A stretch of 64,000 nucleotides of DNA, from NCBI GenBank assembly GCA_964435015.1, contig CAYSXP010000006.1:8079-72078 (forward strand). Reading direction: 5' to 3'. The position numbers and the translations under genes are program-made. Origin of the DNA: an uncultured Rikenellaceae bacterium (GTDB lineage: Bacteria; Bacteroidota; Bacteroidia; Bacteroidales; VadinHA17). The notes under the pieces were generated by a model. It ran no database searches. It was not told the DNA's origin and worked only from the letters and a program-made list of their open reading frames with translations. This document shows positions 20,150 to 29,415 of this stretch, one piece after another (positions within the stretch are counted from its first letter, which is position 1; the number at the start of each line of letters is the position of its first letter).

Positions 20150-21517
20150 TCAGCTGCTGATCTCTGTAAGTCCGAGGTTAAGTTCGGGAAGAGGATGTCC
20201 CAGTGCCTGGAAAATGACAAGTGCGGCTCCCAGTGCAGTGCCGTTTTTTATTTCTGATGTGTAGACTTTTTTTGAGGGGAAAGCCTGTGATATGAGCCTG
20301 AGGAAAATATTGTTCCTTGCAAACCCGCCGGTTATGTAAATATTCTCAGTTACATCATTTTCTGCCAGGATCAGACCCACAGAAGCAATGGCCAGTTCAC
20401 TCAGTTCTCTCATAAGCTGATGATAACCTTCTTCATACGTCCTGAACTCGAAAAGGTCTATTTTATCCCTGAACTCACGTGATCCTGTTTCCGCGCTGAA
20501 GAACACTTTTTTGTCTCCGCTGTATCTGTTCTTAAGCATCAGCATAAGATCATTGTCGTATTTTAAATCTTTATAATAATCGCCTGAGGTTCTGAAATGG
20601 TCAGATAGTATTCTGACACCTTTGTCGTGCAAATTGCCCAGGAAGAGCCTGGAGGATTTCACCGGCTGCATTGTGACGCTCATATAGCACAGGCAGTCAT
20701 TATCAAGCTGCAATGCAGTAAGCTTTTCCGGATTGAACGGATTCATATTGATGCACCAGGTTCCCGTTGACATGAGCAGGAAATTCCCCCCCTTTCCGGT
20801 GAAATACGGTGCAAGGGAAGCCGAACTGTCGTGGATTCCAATACCTGTTTTTATCCTTTTTCCTTCTGTTTCAATGTCATTCCAGGTCATGACGGATACG
20901 GGTTCAGGCAGTGTTATCCCATTTTCAGACAGCCACGGATGATATTTCATGTTGTCGAAATCCCACATGCCCGTGTGGCATCCCACGGAAGTGTGTTCAG
21001 AATATATTTTTCCTGTAAACAGGTATGAGATATATTGCGGAAAATGCAGAATCTGATCAACCTGCGAAAAAACAGCAGGTTTTTCAGATTTCAGCCAGAA
21101 TACCTGCATGCCTGAGTTGAGCATTCCCAGGGCAGGTGAAGCGGTCCTCCGGCAAAATTCATCCTGTCCTCCATATCTTCTGAAAAGCTTTTCAGGTAAT
21201 TTTTCATCAACAGGCTTAAGATAGTTGTAAACGGGAGCTATCCGTTTTCCATGTTTATCAAGATATGCAATGGTTGCCCCGTAAGTTGCAAAATTCATTG
21301 CAGTAAGATCATATTTATCGGAGAGTGCCAATGCGGTCACCGAATCCCTTACCCATTTTTCAATCGCCTCGATATTATCGCATTCAAACCCGTCATCGTC
21401 AACCTGTTCAGGAAATCTGGTCTCATTTTCAGAAACAAGCCCAAGATTGTAGTCAAACAGAAGCAGCTTTTTGTTGCTCTTTCCTATGTCAAATACCGCA
21501 ATAACCTTTTCTTTCAT
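20150..21517 (-). CDS. rhaB: Rhamnulokinase (FGGY carbohydrate kinase family)
   Basis: FGGY-like N-terminus (VFDIGKSNKKLLLFD), 455 aa, immediately downstream of rhaA in the rha array. Confidence 0.8.
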   Translation of the reverse strand: MKEKVIAVFDIGKSNKKLLLFDYNLGLVSENETRFPEQVDDDGFECDNIEAIEKWVRDSVTALALSDKYDLTAMNFATYGATIAYLDKHGKRIAPVYNYLKPVDEKLPEKLFRRYGGQDEFCRRTASPALGMLNSGMQVFWLKSEKPAVFSQVDQILHFPQYISYLFTGKIYSEHTSVGCHTGMWDFDNMKYHPWLSENGITLPEPVSVMTWNDIETEGKRIKTGIGIHDSSASLAPYFTGKGGNFLLMSTGTWCINMNPFNPEKLTALQLDNDCLCYMSVTMQPVKSSRLFLGNLHDKGVRILSDHFRTSGDYYKDLKYDNDLMLMLKNRYSGDKKVFFSAETGSREFRDKIDLFEFRTYEEGYHQLMRELSELAIASVGLILAENDVTENIYITGGFARNNIFLRLISQAFPSKKVYTSEIKNGTALGAALVIFQALGHPLPELNLGLTEISS

Positions 21518-21566
21518 ATAAATCTGAGTGGATCACCCGTTAAGGGGATTTAATATTTAAAACAGT

Positions 21567-22832
21567 TTATCTTTTCAGCAAAACATTTTCTTCATATTTT
21601 CTTATCTCATCGATGTAGTCTTTTCCCACGGGTACATCATTGTTAAGGCAGAAGTAATCCCATACGGCGCCAAGGGGCATGGTTTTCATCAGTTCAAGAA
21701 GTGAAAGCCTTTCGAATGTTTTTCCATCTTCCTCATATTTAACCAGTGTTTCCGAAGGTTCGAGGAACGCATTCAGAAAGGCAAGCTGCACCGACCTGGT
21801 TCCGACAACATAGGCCCCTATCCTGTTAAGGCTCGCATCGAAAAAGTCGAGGCCAACATTTATTCTTCCCAATGCTTTTGCCCTTACTATTTCATGAGCA
21901 ATGAGCATCAGGTCATCATTGAGTGTCACAACATGGTCGCTGTCCCATCTTACGCCCCGGGTAAGGTGAAGCAGTATCTCGTCAACATACAGGAGTATTG
22001 ATGAGATTTTGTCGCCAACCTGCTCAGTGGGGTGAAAATGGCCGTTGTCGAGGGTGATGAGTTTATTGTTCTGAATGGCATAGCCCAGATAAAAATCGTG
22101 CGATCCGACCACCATCGATTCTGAACCTATTCCAAACAGTTTGCTTTCAATTGCATCCTTGAGGTGTTTTTTGGGGTATTTGACCTCAAAGATCTCATCG
22201 AGCGATTTCTTAAGGATCCTGCGCAGTGAGTACCTGTCGACCGGAGTATCTTTGGAACCGTCGGGTATCCAGATATTGTGAACTGCCGGGGTTCCCAGCT
22301 GCCTGCCCATTTCGGCTGCTATTGCCCTGCATCTTTTTGTGTGCTCTATCCAGAACTTTCTTGTTTTCGGATTTTTGCTCGAAAGGGTAAAACCTTCATC
22401 AGAAAGAGGGTGGGAAAAACATGTGCAGTTAAAATCCAGGCCCATTCCTCTTTTCTTTGCCCAGTCGATCCATCCCTGAAAATGCCTTAGTTCGATCTGG
22501 TCCCTGTCAACCTTTTTCCCTTCAAATTCTCCGTAGATAGCATGAAGATTCAGTCGCTGCTTTCCCGGCAGCAGTGACATCACCTTGTCGAGATCATCTC
22601 TCATCTGCTTGATTGTCCGGGCTTTACCCGGATAGTTGCCGGTGGCCTGTATGCCTCCGCCTCCCAGCTCCGCCCCTTCCCTTTCAAAGCCGCCTACATC
22701 ATCCGTCTGCCAGCAGTGAAGGCTGATTACCAGCTTGTCCATTTCCGACAGAACTCTTTCGGTATCCACACCAAGTTCAGCGTATTGTTCCTTTGCAAGC
22801 TGATATGACTTTTTAATCAGTTCTTTTTTCAT
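21567..22832 (-). CDS. rhaA: L-rhamnose isomerase
   Basis: Collinear by eye with E. coli RhaA: SLHCWQTDDVGGFE, GGGIQATGNYPGKAR, LNLHAIY, WDSDHVV and GLDFFDAS. Confidence 0.95.
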   Translation of the reverse strand: MKKELIKKSYQLAKEQYAELGVDTERVLSEMDKLVISLHCWQTDDVGGFEREGAELGGGGIQATGNYPGKARTIKQMRDDLDKVMSLLPGKQRLNLHAIYGEFEGKKVDRDQIELRHFQGWIDWAKKRGMGLDFNCTCFSHPLSDEGFTLSSKNPKTRKFWIEHTKRCRAIAAEMGRQLGTPAVHNIWIPDGSKDTPVDRYSLRRILKKSLDEIFEVKYPKKHLKDAIESKLFGIGSESMVVGSHDFYLGYAIQNNKLITLDNGHFHPTEQVGDKISSILLYVDEILLHLTRGVRWDSDHVVTLNDDLMLIAHEIVRAKALGRINVGLDFFDASLNRIGAYVVGTRSVQLAFLNAFLEPSETLVKYEEDGKTFERLSLLELMKTMPLGAVWDYFCLNNDVPVGKDYIDEIRKYEENVLLKR

Positions 22833-22955
22833 TTTGACACAATTTATTTTACTGGTATGATGGAACCTGCATATGTATGATTATATCGTAATTGTGAATG
22901 CTGACACATGAGGTTTCTTAATAACTAACTGCGGTTTTGATTATATCCTGCCTTA

Positions 22956-23270
22956 TTATTCCATAAAAAAAACCTGCTCAAGAGGAGTTGTCAGGGGTGA
23001 ATAATCAGGATTTGTTTCCATTATGTCGGACATGTATTTCCACCATCTCTTCACTATTTCTGTGTTGCCGAGGGTTTGGGATGAGCTGCCGCCTTTCTGT
23101 TCCTGATAGGCAAACAATGTATTAGTCTCTTCGTCGATAAAGATGGAGTAGTTCCCGATTCCTTCCTTCCTGAGAAGTTCTGCAAGTTCGGGCCATATTT
23201 CATTATGCCTTTTCCTGTATTCTTCCTTAAAGCCCGGACGGAGTTTCATTTTAAAGCCATATCTTTTCAT
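22956..23270 (-). CDS. rhaM: L-rhamnose mutarotase
   Basis: 104 aa with the RhaM/YiiL-like sequence MKLRPGFKEEYRKRHNEIWPEL...YSIF, in rha gene context. Confidence 0.85.
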   Translation of the reverse strand: MKRYGFKMKLRPGFKEEYRKRHNEIWPELAELLRKEGIGNYSIFIDEETNTLFAYQEQKGGSSSQTLGNTEIVKRWWKYMSDIMETNPDYSPLTTPLEQVFFME

Positions 23271-23282
23271 GACAATGGGTGT

Positions 23283-24311
23283 TTAACCAAGTTTGACGAC
23301 AAAAGCTGAAAGAATCAGTATTGCGATGCCAATCAGGAGTAGAGTAATTGTTTTCGGTCCCGATCCCTTCCATTCCCTGAGTACGATTCCCCAGATATTG
23401 CTAATGGCAATGTTCAGGGCCATCAGTATGCTCCACCCGAATACAGCCATGCCCTGGGGCAGTTTGCTTGCACCCATTCCGAAGAAATGGAACTGCAGGA
23501 ACCAGAGGAATCCTGCCAGGGTGGTAAACAGGATATTGTTCAGGAAGATATTTCCCGGGGAACTGACATAATCCTTGTAGGTCCGGTTTTTAATGTTGAG
23601 ATATACGCAATACACAAGATTGGTGATAAAACCGCCGAAAAGAATGAATATCAGTGTCGGGTTTTTCTGGAACAATGGATTTGTTCCGTGCGCAAGGGCA
23701 ACGGACTCTATTGGTTTCCCCGCTTCAAATCCGAAATTGAAGCAGGCGCTCATCACTCCGGCAAAAACAGCAATAAGAATACCCTTTTTGAGGGCGAATT
23801 CCTTAATGGCGGCTTTTTTATCCTTCTCGCTCATTTCCCTGCTTTTCAGTGCTCCGGCATAACCGATGACAGCTATTCCCGCTACTGTGAGGGCAACGCC
23901 TGTCAGCGTAAGGATCCCGGCGCGCGATGAAAACAGGTTCTGGCCGGCAACTGCAGCAGGAATAAGTGTCCCGAAGGCTGCACACAATCCCAGTGCTATG
24001 CTTTGTCCGAGTGCAACTCCGAGGTATCGTATGCTGAGACCAAAGGTCAGCCCTCCGAATCCCCAGAGGATGCCGAACACCACTGCCATTAATTTTGCTG
24101 ACGAAGGTGCCTCACTCAAAATGGGGATCAATTCTCCGCGGGGGACGAATATCAGGGCAAAAAGCCATGGAGCTATCAGCCAGGCCGCAATGCCCTGGGC
24201 AAGCCAGTATGATTCCCACGCCCATTCCTTCACTTTCTTGAACGGAACATAGAAACTGGCCGCACCTATACTCCCCAGGGCTATCAGTAGAATTCCTGCA
24301 ACCGGATTCAT
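23283..24311 (-). CDS. rhaT: L-rhamnose/proton symporter RhaT
   Basis: 342 aa with 10 predicted transmembrane segments and a DMT-like duplicated architecture. The N-terminus is RhaT-like (GSIGAASFYVPFKKVKEWAWESYW). Rha gene context. Confidence 0.85.
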   Translation of the reverse strand: MNPVAGILLIALGSIGAASFYVPFKKVKEWAWESYWLAQGIAAWLIAPWLFALIFVPRGELIPILSEAPSSAKLMAVVFGILWGFGGLTFGLSIRYLGVALGQSIALGLCAAFGTLIPAAVAGQNLFSSRAGILTLTGVALTVAGIAVIGYAGALKSREMSEKDKKAAIKEFALKKGILIAVFAGVMSACFNFGFEAGKPIESVALAHGTNPLFQKNPTLIFILFGGFITNLVYCVYLNIKNRTYKDYVSSPGNIFLNNILFTTLAGFLWFLQFHFFGMGASKLPQGMAVFGWSILMALNIAISNIWGIVLREWKGSGPKTITLLLIGIAILILSAFVVKLG

Positions 24312-24335
24312 TTATATAGTTTTGATTAAGGTCTG

Positions 24336-24384
24336 TGCTTTAAAAAGCATAAATTTAATTATTTTACCTTTCAGAAATCTGAAA
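24336..24384. promoter_or_regulatory. Two short perfect inverted repeats in the divergent rhaT / GH78 intergenic region (candidate operators)
   Basis: TGCTTT-AA-AAAGCA at 24336-24349 and TTTCAGA-AA-TCTGAAA at 24369-24384. They lie in the 121-bp gap between the divergent start codons. Confidence 0.3.
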
Positions 24385-24432
24385 AAAAGGATAAATTTCA
24401 AATCTCTAACTTAATAACCTAACCATAACGCC

Positions 24433-27168
24433 ATGAAACCGATTCTTACGTGCTTGTTTACGGTGCTTTTTTCCTTGACCGCCCATTCCCAGAAGGATCT
24501 GTCTGTTTATGATCTTTCATGTGAATACAAAAAAAATCCTGTTGGCCTTGACGCTTTGCATCCAAGGCTTTCCTGGAAAATCAGGAGCTCCGGCTTCAAT
24601 GTTATGCAGACCGCCTATGCGATCCGGGTTGCAACCAACCCGGGATTCACCGGATCCGGGATAACCTGGCAGACAGGAAAGATCAATTCCGGTGAATCTG
24701 TGTTCATTCCGTATGAGGGAGCGGAAATAAAGCCCGGGCAAAGATATTTCTGGCAGGTGAAGGTTTGGGACAACATGGGAAGGGAATCGAAGTGGAGCCA
24801 GGCAGGCTACTGGGAGGCGGGATTGCTCTCTCCTTCAGGCTGGAAAGCAAAATGGATCGAACTGGAAGCAGACACCAGCAGATATTCGCCTTCACCACAC
24901 TTTCGCAAGGAGTTTTCCGTGAACAAGCCTGTAGCCTCGGCACGTATTTATGTGACCTCTCACGGGTTTTATGAATTGCGTATGAACGGGAAAAAAGTCG
25001 GGGATCAGGTATTAACCCCTGGCTGGACCTCATATCTTAAGCGGCTGCAGTACCAGGTTTACGATGTGACCGCAATGCTGTCGCCCGGCAGAAATGCCAT
25101 TGGGGCATTGCTTGGCGACGGCTGGTACAGGGGCACCCTGGCATGGGGCAATAACTGGGCAATTTACGGGAAGCGCCTGGGACTTTTAATGCAGCTGCAT
25201 ATCAGATATTCTGACGGCACCGAATCAGTTATTGTTACCGATGAGTCATGGAAAGGCCACATTGGCGGCGCAATCGTAATGAATGATATTTACAACGGAG
25301 AAATCTATGATGCCACCAGGCGGCTGACAGGCTGGGACCTCGCAGGGTATGATGATGGCAAATGGACCTCAGTAAAAACAGGCGGCTATTCGTTGAGTAA
25401 TATTATAGCTTCCGAGGGGGCTGAAATACGCAAGACTGAAGAATTGAAACCTGTAAGGATATTCCGGACTCCGAAAGGAAGCCTGGTTGCTGACATGGGC
25501 CAGAATATGGTTGGCTGGATCAGGCTGAAGGTAAGCGGCCCCGGCGGGGCGAAAGTTACTCTCAGGCACGCTGAGATACTTGACAAGTATGGCGAGTTTT
25601 ACACTGAAAACCTCCGGTCGGCCAGGGCACAGCTTACCTATATACTGTCGGGTGAGGGTGAAGAGATATATGAACCCAGGTTTACCTTTATGGGTTTCAG
25701 GTATGTTGAGGTAACAGGTTTTCCGGGTGAGCTTCTTCCTGAGAGCCTTACGGGAGTTGTGATCCATTCAGATATGCCTTCTACGGGCAGTTACGAGAGT
25801 TCCAGCTCTCTGCTGAACCAGTTGCAGCATAATATCAGGTGGGGGCAGATAGGTAATTTCGTGGATGTTCCAACAGACTGTCCGCAGCGCGATGAGCGGC
25901 TGGGTTGGACCGGCGATGCACAGGCATTCTGCCGGACCGCCGCTTTCAATTATAATGTTGCACCCTTTTTCACCAAATGGCTGAAAGATGTCTCTGCCGA
26001 CCAGAGGCCTGGCGGGGAAATTCCCGTCGTTGTTCCCGATGTCCTCGACAGGCAGGGATCACCGACTGCTTCCGCATCGGCCGGGTGGGGTGATGTCGGG
26101 GTGATAGCCCCCTGGACAATGTATCTTGTGTACGGCGACAGGCAATTACTCGAAAATCAATACCCGGGCATGAAAGCCTGGGTGGATTATATTGCAAAGA
26201 AAGCCGGTGATGCAATGATATGGAAAGGAGGAAGTATCTATGGCGACTGGTTGTTTTACCACCCTCCCGTTAACAATCATCCCGAACCCGACGGACATAC
26301 GGAACATGATTTCATTGCAACAGCCTATTTTGCATATTCATCAGGCATTCTTGCAAAAGCTGCCAATGTACTTGGGAAAAAGGAAGATGAAAAGTATTAC
26401 AGTGATATTTTCGAAAAGATAAAAAAAGTGTTTAACCATGAATATGTTACACCCGCAGGAAGAATAGGAACCAATTCCCAGACTTCATACGTTCTGCCGC
26501 TGATGTTCGGTCTGCTTCCTGATGAAATCAGGCCGAAAGCCGCACGGTTTCTGGCTGACGACATCAAAAGCAGGGGAAATCACCTTTCCACCGGATTCCT
26601 GGGTACAATTTACCTCTGCCATGTTCTTACCGCAAATGGATACAACGATGTTGCATATGACCTGCTCCTTCAGGAAGGGTATCCTTCCTGGCTTTATCCT
26701 GTAAAGATGGGTGCCACCACCATCTGGGAAAGATGGGACGGGCAGAAGCCCGACAGCACGTTCCAGGATGCTGGCATGAATTCATTCAACCATTATGCAT
26801 ATGGAGCCATCGGCGACTGGATTTACAGGGTTTCAGCCGGACTGGAGACGCTTGAGCCAGGTTACAGGCAGCTGCTTATCCAGCCCCATCCCACTGAAAA
26901 ACTCGATTATTCAAAGGCTGCGTTTGAAAGCATGTATGGAACAATTAAATCCGGCTGGGAAAGAAGGAACGGAAAAATAATCGTTACAGTAGAGATCCCT
27001 GTTAATTCCCGGGCTGCAATACATTTACCTGCAAAGTCAGTGGCAAAGGTTAATGAAAGCGGCAGACTCCTGACTGAGAATAAAAACCTTACGGAAGTGA
27101 GACTTGAGGGCTCAGTTGTTAAAATTGAAGCAGGATCAGGCAGGTATTTATTCGAAATTTCAGAATAA
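24433..27168 (+). CDS. Alpha-L-rhamnosidase (GH78)
   Basis: 911 aa with a signal peptide. GH78-typical blocks are present: LHPRLSWK, YFWQVKVWD, VDVPTDCPQRDERLGWTGDAQ, TIWERWDG and NSFNHYAYGAIGDW. Confidence 0.92.
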   Translation: MKPILTCLFTVLFSLTAHSQKDLSVYDLSCEYKKNPVGLDALHPRLSWKIRSSGFNVMQTAYAIRVATNPGFTGSGITWQTGKINSGESVFIPYEGAEIKPGQRYFWQVKVWDNMGRESKWSQAGYWEAGLLSPSGWKAKWIELEADTSRYSPSPHFRKEFSVNKPVASARIYVTSHGFYELRMNGKKVGDQVLTPGWTSYLKRLQYQVYDVTAMLSPGRNAIGALLGDGWYRGTLAWGNNWAIYGKRLGLLMQLHIRYSDGTESVIVTDESWKGHIGGAIVMNDIYNGEIYDATRRLTGWDLAGYDDGKWTSVKTGGYSLSNIIASEGAEIRKTEELKPVRIFRTPKGSLVADMGQNMVGWIRLKVSGPGGAKVTLRHAEILDKYGEFYTENLRSARAQLTYILSGEGEEIYEPRFTFMGFRYVEVTGFPGELLPESLTGVVIHSDMPSTGSYESSSSLLNQLQHNIRWGQIGNFVDVPTDCPQRDERLGWTGDAQAFCRTAAFNYNVAPFFTKWLKDVSADQRPGGEIPVVVPDVLDRQGSPTASASAGWGDVGVIAPWTMYLVYGDRQLLENQYPGMKAWVDYIAKKAGDAMIWKGGSIYGDWLFYHPPVNNHPEPDGHTEHDFIATAYFAYSSGILAKAANVLGKKEDEKYYSDIFEKIKKVFNHEYVTPAGRIGTNSQTSYVLPLMFGLLPDEIRPKAARFLADDIKSRGNHLSTGFLGTIYLCHVLTANGYNDVAYDLLLQEGYPSWLYPVKMGATTIWERWDGQKPDSTFQDAGMNSFNHYAYGAIGDWIYRVSAGLETLEPGYRQLLIQPHPTEKLDYSKAAFESMYGTIKSGWERRNGKIIVTVEIPVNSRAAIHLPAKSVAKVNESGRLLTENKNLTEVRLEGSVVKIEAGSGRYLFEISE

Positions 27169-27170
27169 AA

Positions 27171-27599
27171 GTGACACCCGGCGAACTCAAAAAACGGATC
27201 CCCGCGAGTGAACTTGAAATGATCACATCCAGGAGCAGCGGACCCGGCGGACAGAATGTGAACAAGGTCAATACAAAGGTTGAAATAAGGTTTAACGTCA
27301 AAAATTCACAGGCTCTGTCGGCTGCAGAAAAGAATCTGATCCTCCTCAGGCTGCAAAACCGGATAGCCGTCTCGGGCATTATACGAGTCAGATCACAGTC
27401 GGGAAGAAGCCAGGTACGCAACAGGGAGCTTGCCTCAGAGAGACTGTTTGTGATTCTCGCTGAAGCTCTTTCAACGGAACCTGAACGAATTCCTTCCGAA
27501 CCAACCAGGACGTCGGTAGAAAAGAGGCTCGGCGAAAAACGAAAAAGAGCGGATTTAAAAAAGATCAGAAAAACACCCGATCAGATAAATGATGATTAG
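27171..27599 (+). CDS. arfB: Alternative ribosome-rescue factor ArfB (peptidyl-tRNA hydrolase, GGQ domain)
   Basis: SSGPGGQNVNKVNTKVEIRF GGQ motif and a basic C-terminal tail. 142 aa. GTG start two nt after the GH78 stop. Confidence 0.9.
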   Translation: MTPGELKKRIPASELEMITSRSSGPGGQNVNKVNTKVEIRFNVKNSQALSAAEKNLILLRLQNRIAVSGIIRVRSQSGRSQVRNRELASERLFVILAEALSTEPERIPSEPTRTSVEKRLGEKRKRADLKKIRKTPDQINDD

Positions 27600-28313
27600 C
27601 CGGTCATTGATGACTGCATGTCATCCTTTCTGAATATACCCTTCCTGTGGCTGCTTCTGACATGCCGGCTGGCAGGCATGCGGATCCGGATGTGATAATT
27701 CCGCAGGAGTGCTTCGGTTTTTTTCAGCATACATATAATTATTTTTATCAAAGCCCGTTATAATGCAGCTTTTTGCAGAACAAAAGCAGTTGAAGTTTGT
27801 TACAGGTTTTGGCACAAATGTTGCAAGTACCGGGTTCAATGGATAAATAGTTCATTGAAGAACTGAGAACATTGATTGGAAAGCAGTTGGCAGCTGTTGT
27901 GTGGTATGAGCAGCTGAAAGGTTTTTTCAGAGGCGGACCGGAGATTTGCTTGAATTGTAACACGCTGATATGCAGTTGTTTTTAATAAGAAAGAATTAAA
28001 AAACAATTTTTATGTTGATAAATTAAAAACCGTGTTAATATTTTTAATTACCCGGGAGAACAATGTATTTATAGAATATATATTTTCGTCCCGATTTATT
28101 TTTTAACTAAAACCATAAAACAAGACAATTAACAGAAAAAGGTGATCGTTTTCATCGACAAATATGAATGCTAACAATAATGAGGTTGGTGCCCTCCTCG
28201 GCGGGGGCCGCCTCGTGGGTTGTTCTTCTGATGAAGAGCCTGGCGCGAAAACCATGATTTTTTCGCAAAACGTAATCCCAAACCAGTTAGTTAGCAACCG
28301 GAGTTCGGAGTTC

Positions 28314-29405
28314 ATGAACCGCTACTTCCCCCTAACAACTTCAGAATCGTGGAATGATTGGAAATGGCAGCTTCGTAATGCTTTTACGGGCCTTGAAGAT
28401 CTCAGGAAGATCATGAAGCTGACCCAGAAGGAGATACTGGCCATTAACAATCTCAAGGGGCGTCTGCCCCTGCGTATCACTCCTTATTTTGCATCCCTGA
28501 TATACCGTTCAAAACCATCTCATCCCTTGCGGAGAAATGTAGTGCCGGTGGTTGAAGAGCTCTTTGAAACCAGGATTGAGCAATCTGATCCTTTGCATGA
28601 AAGGGCTTTTTCTCCAGTCAGGGGCATTGTTCACAGATATCCTGACAGGGTGCTTTTTACCGTTACACAGGTATGTTCAAATTATTGCAGGTACTGCACC
28701 AGGTCACATTCAGTCGGAAGGCTGGATAAGCTGGGACGCCAGGACTTCGAGAAGGCTTTCTCGTACATTGCTTCGCACCGTGAGATCAGGGATGTTCTGG
28801 TAAGCGGCGGCGACCCGCTTACAATGACCGATGAGCTTCTTGATTATATACTTCATAATATCAGGAAGATAGAACATGTTGAGATGATACGTATCGGAAC
28901 CAGGGTCCCTGTGGTATTGCCTCAGAGGATAACTGACAAACTGGTAGGCATTCTGAAAAAATACCATCCCCTTTACATAAGCCTGCATTTTTCACATCCT
29001 GAAGAGATAACCGAAGAGTGTGCAAATGCATGCATTAAACTGGCCGATAACGGTTTCCCTCTCGGGAGCCAGACCGTTCTGCTGAAAGGAATCAACGACA
29101 GTGTTCCTGTGATGAAGGAGCTGATGCATAAGCTGCTTAAGATCAGGGTACGGCCATATTATCTTTATCAGTGTGATTTAATACCCGGCTCCGGCCATTT
29201 CAGAACAACAGTAAGGAAGGGTCTGGAAATTATCGAAGGGATGCGGGGATATACAAGCGGATATGCCGTTCCAACCTTTGTCATCGATGCTCCGGGCGGA
29301 GGAGGCAAGATCCCTCTCCTTCCCGGCTATGTCGTTGAGCACAACAGCGAACGCATCGTGCTGCGCAACTACAAGGGAGTATTGTGCGAATATCCCGAAA
29401 AATAG
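28314..29405 (+). CDS. KamA-family radical SAM/PLP aminomutase, lysine 2,3-aminomutase-like
   Basis: CSNYCRYCTR cluster motif, SGGDPL, YLYQCDLIPG, VIDAPGGGGK (PLP lysine) and an N-terminal WNDWKWQLRN. The ATG at 28314 is preferred over the ORF-track start at 28164. Confidence 0.9.
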   Translation: MNRYFPLTTSESWNDWKWQLRNAFTGLEDLRKIMKLTQKEILAINNLKGRLPLRITPYFASLIYRSKPSHPLRRNVVPVVEELFETRIEQSDPLHERAFSPVRGIVHRYPDRVLFTVTQVCSNYCRYCTRSHSVGRLDKLGRQDFEKAFSYIASHREIRDVLVSGGDPLTMTDELLDYILHNIRKIEHVEMIRIGTRVPVVLPQRITDKLVGILKKYHPLYISLHFSHPEEITEECANACIKLADNGFPLGSQTVLLKGINDSVPVMKELMHKLLKIRVRPYYLYQCDLIPGSGHFRTTVRKGLEIIEGMRGYTSGYAVPTFVIDAPGGGGKIPLLPGYVVEHNSERIVLRNYKGVLCEYPEK

Positions 29406-29415
29406 TTGTTCCCTG

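Noticed and set aside
27900-28000. Lysine riboswitch (L-box) upstream of the KamA operon, suggested by CTGAAAGG and AGAGGCGG
   Set aside because: The conserved L-box elements are not present in the right order or number, so the resemblance is limited to two short words.
28164-28313. Upstream in-frame extension of KamA (MNANNNEVGALLGGGRLVG...)
   Set aside because: KamA-family N-termini begin near the W..W.WQ..N block. The extension is low-complexity, GC-skewed and hairpin-prone, so the ATG at 28314 is preferred.
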